A stretch of 61,209 nucleotides of DNA, filler included. It is 6 parts of 6 records of this genome, joined end to end, with 100 filler letters (N's around TTAATTAATTAA, not from the genome) between each part and the next. Parts side by side here need not be neighbours in the genome. Positions count along the whole stretch, not along the records: positions 55,083 to 61,209 come from SRR31156797_30223; 5 more parts are not named here. One strand, given 5' to 3'. A program made the position numbers and the translations under genes. The first letter of the stretch is position 1; each line of letters starts with the position of its first letter. Below are positions 60,228-61,209 of the stretch, one piece after another. The notes under the pieces were generated by a model, which was not told the DNA's origin, did no database searches, and was given only the letters and a program-made list of their open reading frames with translations.

Positions 60228-61208
60228 CTATGTCCTTTTTTCTTCGATAAATTCCACAACCCTCTGTCTGAAGGTTTCCGCGGAAAAGGATTCCGCGTGC
60301 TTTCTTATACTATTCTGATCGAATTTGGTTCTCTCAAATTCTTCCATGGCTGCGATCAGGCTCTCTTCGGTCTGCTCCGGGAAAAGAACTCCTGAAAGGC
60401 CGGGTTTCACCGTGTCCCGGGCACCTCCTCTGCCGTAGGCAATGACCGGTTTTCCGCAGGCCATCGCTTCCACTGGTGTAATCCCGAAATCTTCATATCC
60501 TGGAAAGAGGAAGGCCTTACAGCCCTGGTAGTATTTCCTGGTTTCCTCGTCGCTGATGCGTCCGGTAAACTGTATGGTCGGTCCGGCCAGGCCTTTCAGT
60601 TCCTTTTTCTGTCCGCCGTCACCGGCGATAATCAGCCTGCGGCCCAGTTTGTTGCAGGCTTTAATGGCCAGATCAATTCGCTTGTAGGGGACAAACCGGC
60701 TGAGGATAAAGTAATACTCCTCTCCGGAATTCATCCCGGACTCCTTTGAAAGCCCGTCCCCAGGGGTGAAGAAGTTGGTGTTCACCGGGGGATACACTAC
60801 CGTCGACTCCCGGCGGTAGATCTTGTTGATCCTTGCGGCTGTAATGGCGGAGTTGGCCATAAAGCCGTCCACCCGCAGGCCGGTCAGGGCATCCCACTGG
60901 CGTATCTTCGGCAGGATTCTCTTCATCGCCATCTTCGTCACAAAGCTGGAAGAGCGCATGTACTCATGATAAAGATCCCAGGCGTAGCGCATAGGCGTGT
61001 GGACATAGGAGAGGTGTAGGGTGTCGGCCGAGGTCAGGACTCCCTTGGCACAGGAAGAGGAGGAACTCAGGACCAGATCGAATTCAGAAAGATCAAAACT
61101 CTCGAAGGCCCGGGGCATCAGGTGGAGAAGTTTGGTATAGAGTTTCTGAGATCCCGGTATATTCTGCATAAAGGAGGGAACGACATTTTCCGGAGGAAAA
61201 ATCGTTCC
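60228..61208 (-). CDS. GT4 glycosyltransferase (5'-truncated at window edge)
   Basis: DLVLSSS.S.AKG, YVHTPMRYAWD, VVYPPV, PYKRIDL, EDFGITPVEAMACGKPVIAYG.GG. Confidence 0.92.
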   Translation of the reverse strand, partial: GTIFPPENVVPSFMQNIPGSQKLYTKLLHLMPRAFESFDLSEFDLVLSSSSSCAKGVLTSADTLHLSYVHTPMRYAWDLYHEYMRSSSFVTKMAMKRILPKIRQWDALTGLRVDGFMANSAITAARINKIYRRESTVVYPPVNTNFFTPGDGLSKESGMNSGEEYYFILSRFVPYKRIDLAIKACNKLGRRLIIAGDGGQKKELKGLAGPTIQFTGRISDEETRKYYQGCKAFLFPGYEDFGITPVEAMACGKPVIAYGRGGARDTVKPGLSGVLFPEQTEESLIAAMEEFERTKFDQNSIRKHAESFSAETFRQRVVEFIEEKRT

Positions 61209-61209
61209 C

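Overview
This window is not one locus. It is six unrelated contigs joined by 100-nt N-linkers carrying TTAATTAATTAA (9442-9541, 18800-18899, 30596-30695, 39119-39218, 54983-55082). (1) 1-9441: an HK97-like phage head/packaging/lysis/primase block with a portal-MuF fusion, a PLA2-motif gene in the lysis cassette and an iteron-like origin. (2) 9542-18799 and (4) 30696-39118: Methanosarcinaceae-like archaeal DNA (hom, lig, PGF-pre-PGF surface protein, JAMM, orphan RHS modules) sharing a dispersed hairpin-rich intergenic repeat. (3) 18900-30595: Bacteroidota housekeeping DNA (pnp, sucC, lepA). (5) 39219-54982: AT-rich Campylobacterota-like DNA. (6) 55083-61209: a polysaccharide/capsule region with two Wzi-like genes. 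The standout is in contig 5. Beside a tRNA(CAT) lies a lipid cluster with a full-length homolog of the plant-type digalactosyldiacylglycerol synthase (DGD1/DGD2), an MGDG-synthase-type GT28, GalE, a GDPD phosphodiesterase, a CFA-type methyltransferase, a desaturase, a membrane protein and a tandem-cNMP/CAAX-protease fusion. This looks like a chloroplast-like MGDG/DGDG galactolipid pathway in a non-photosynthetic bacterium. All family and taxon calls come from motif recognition and recall; no searches were run.
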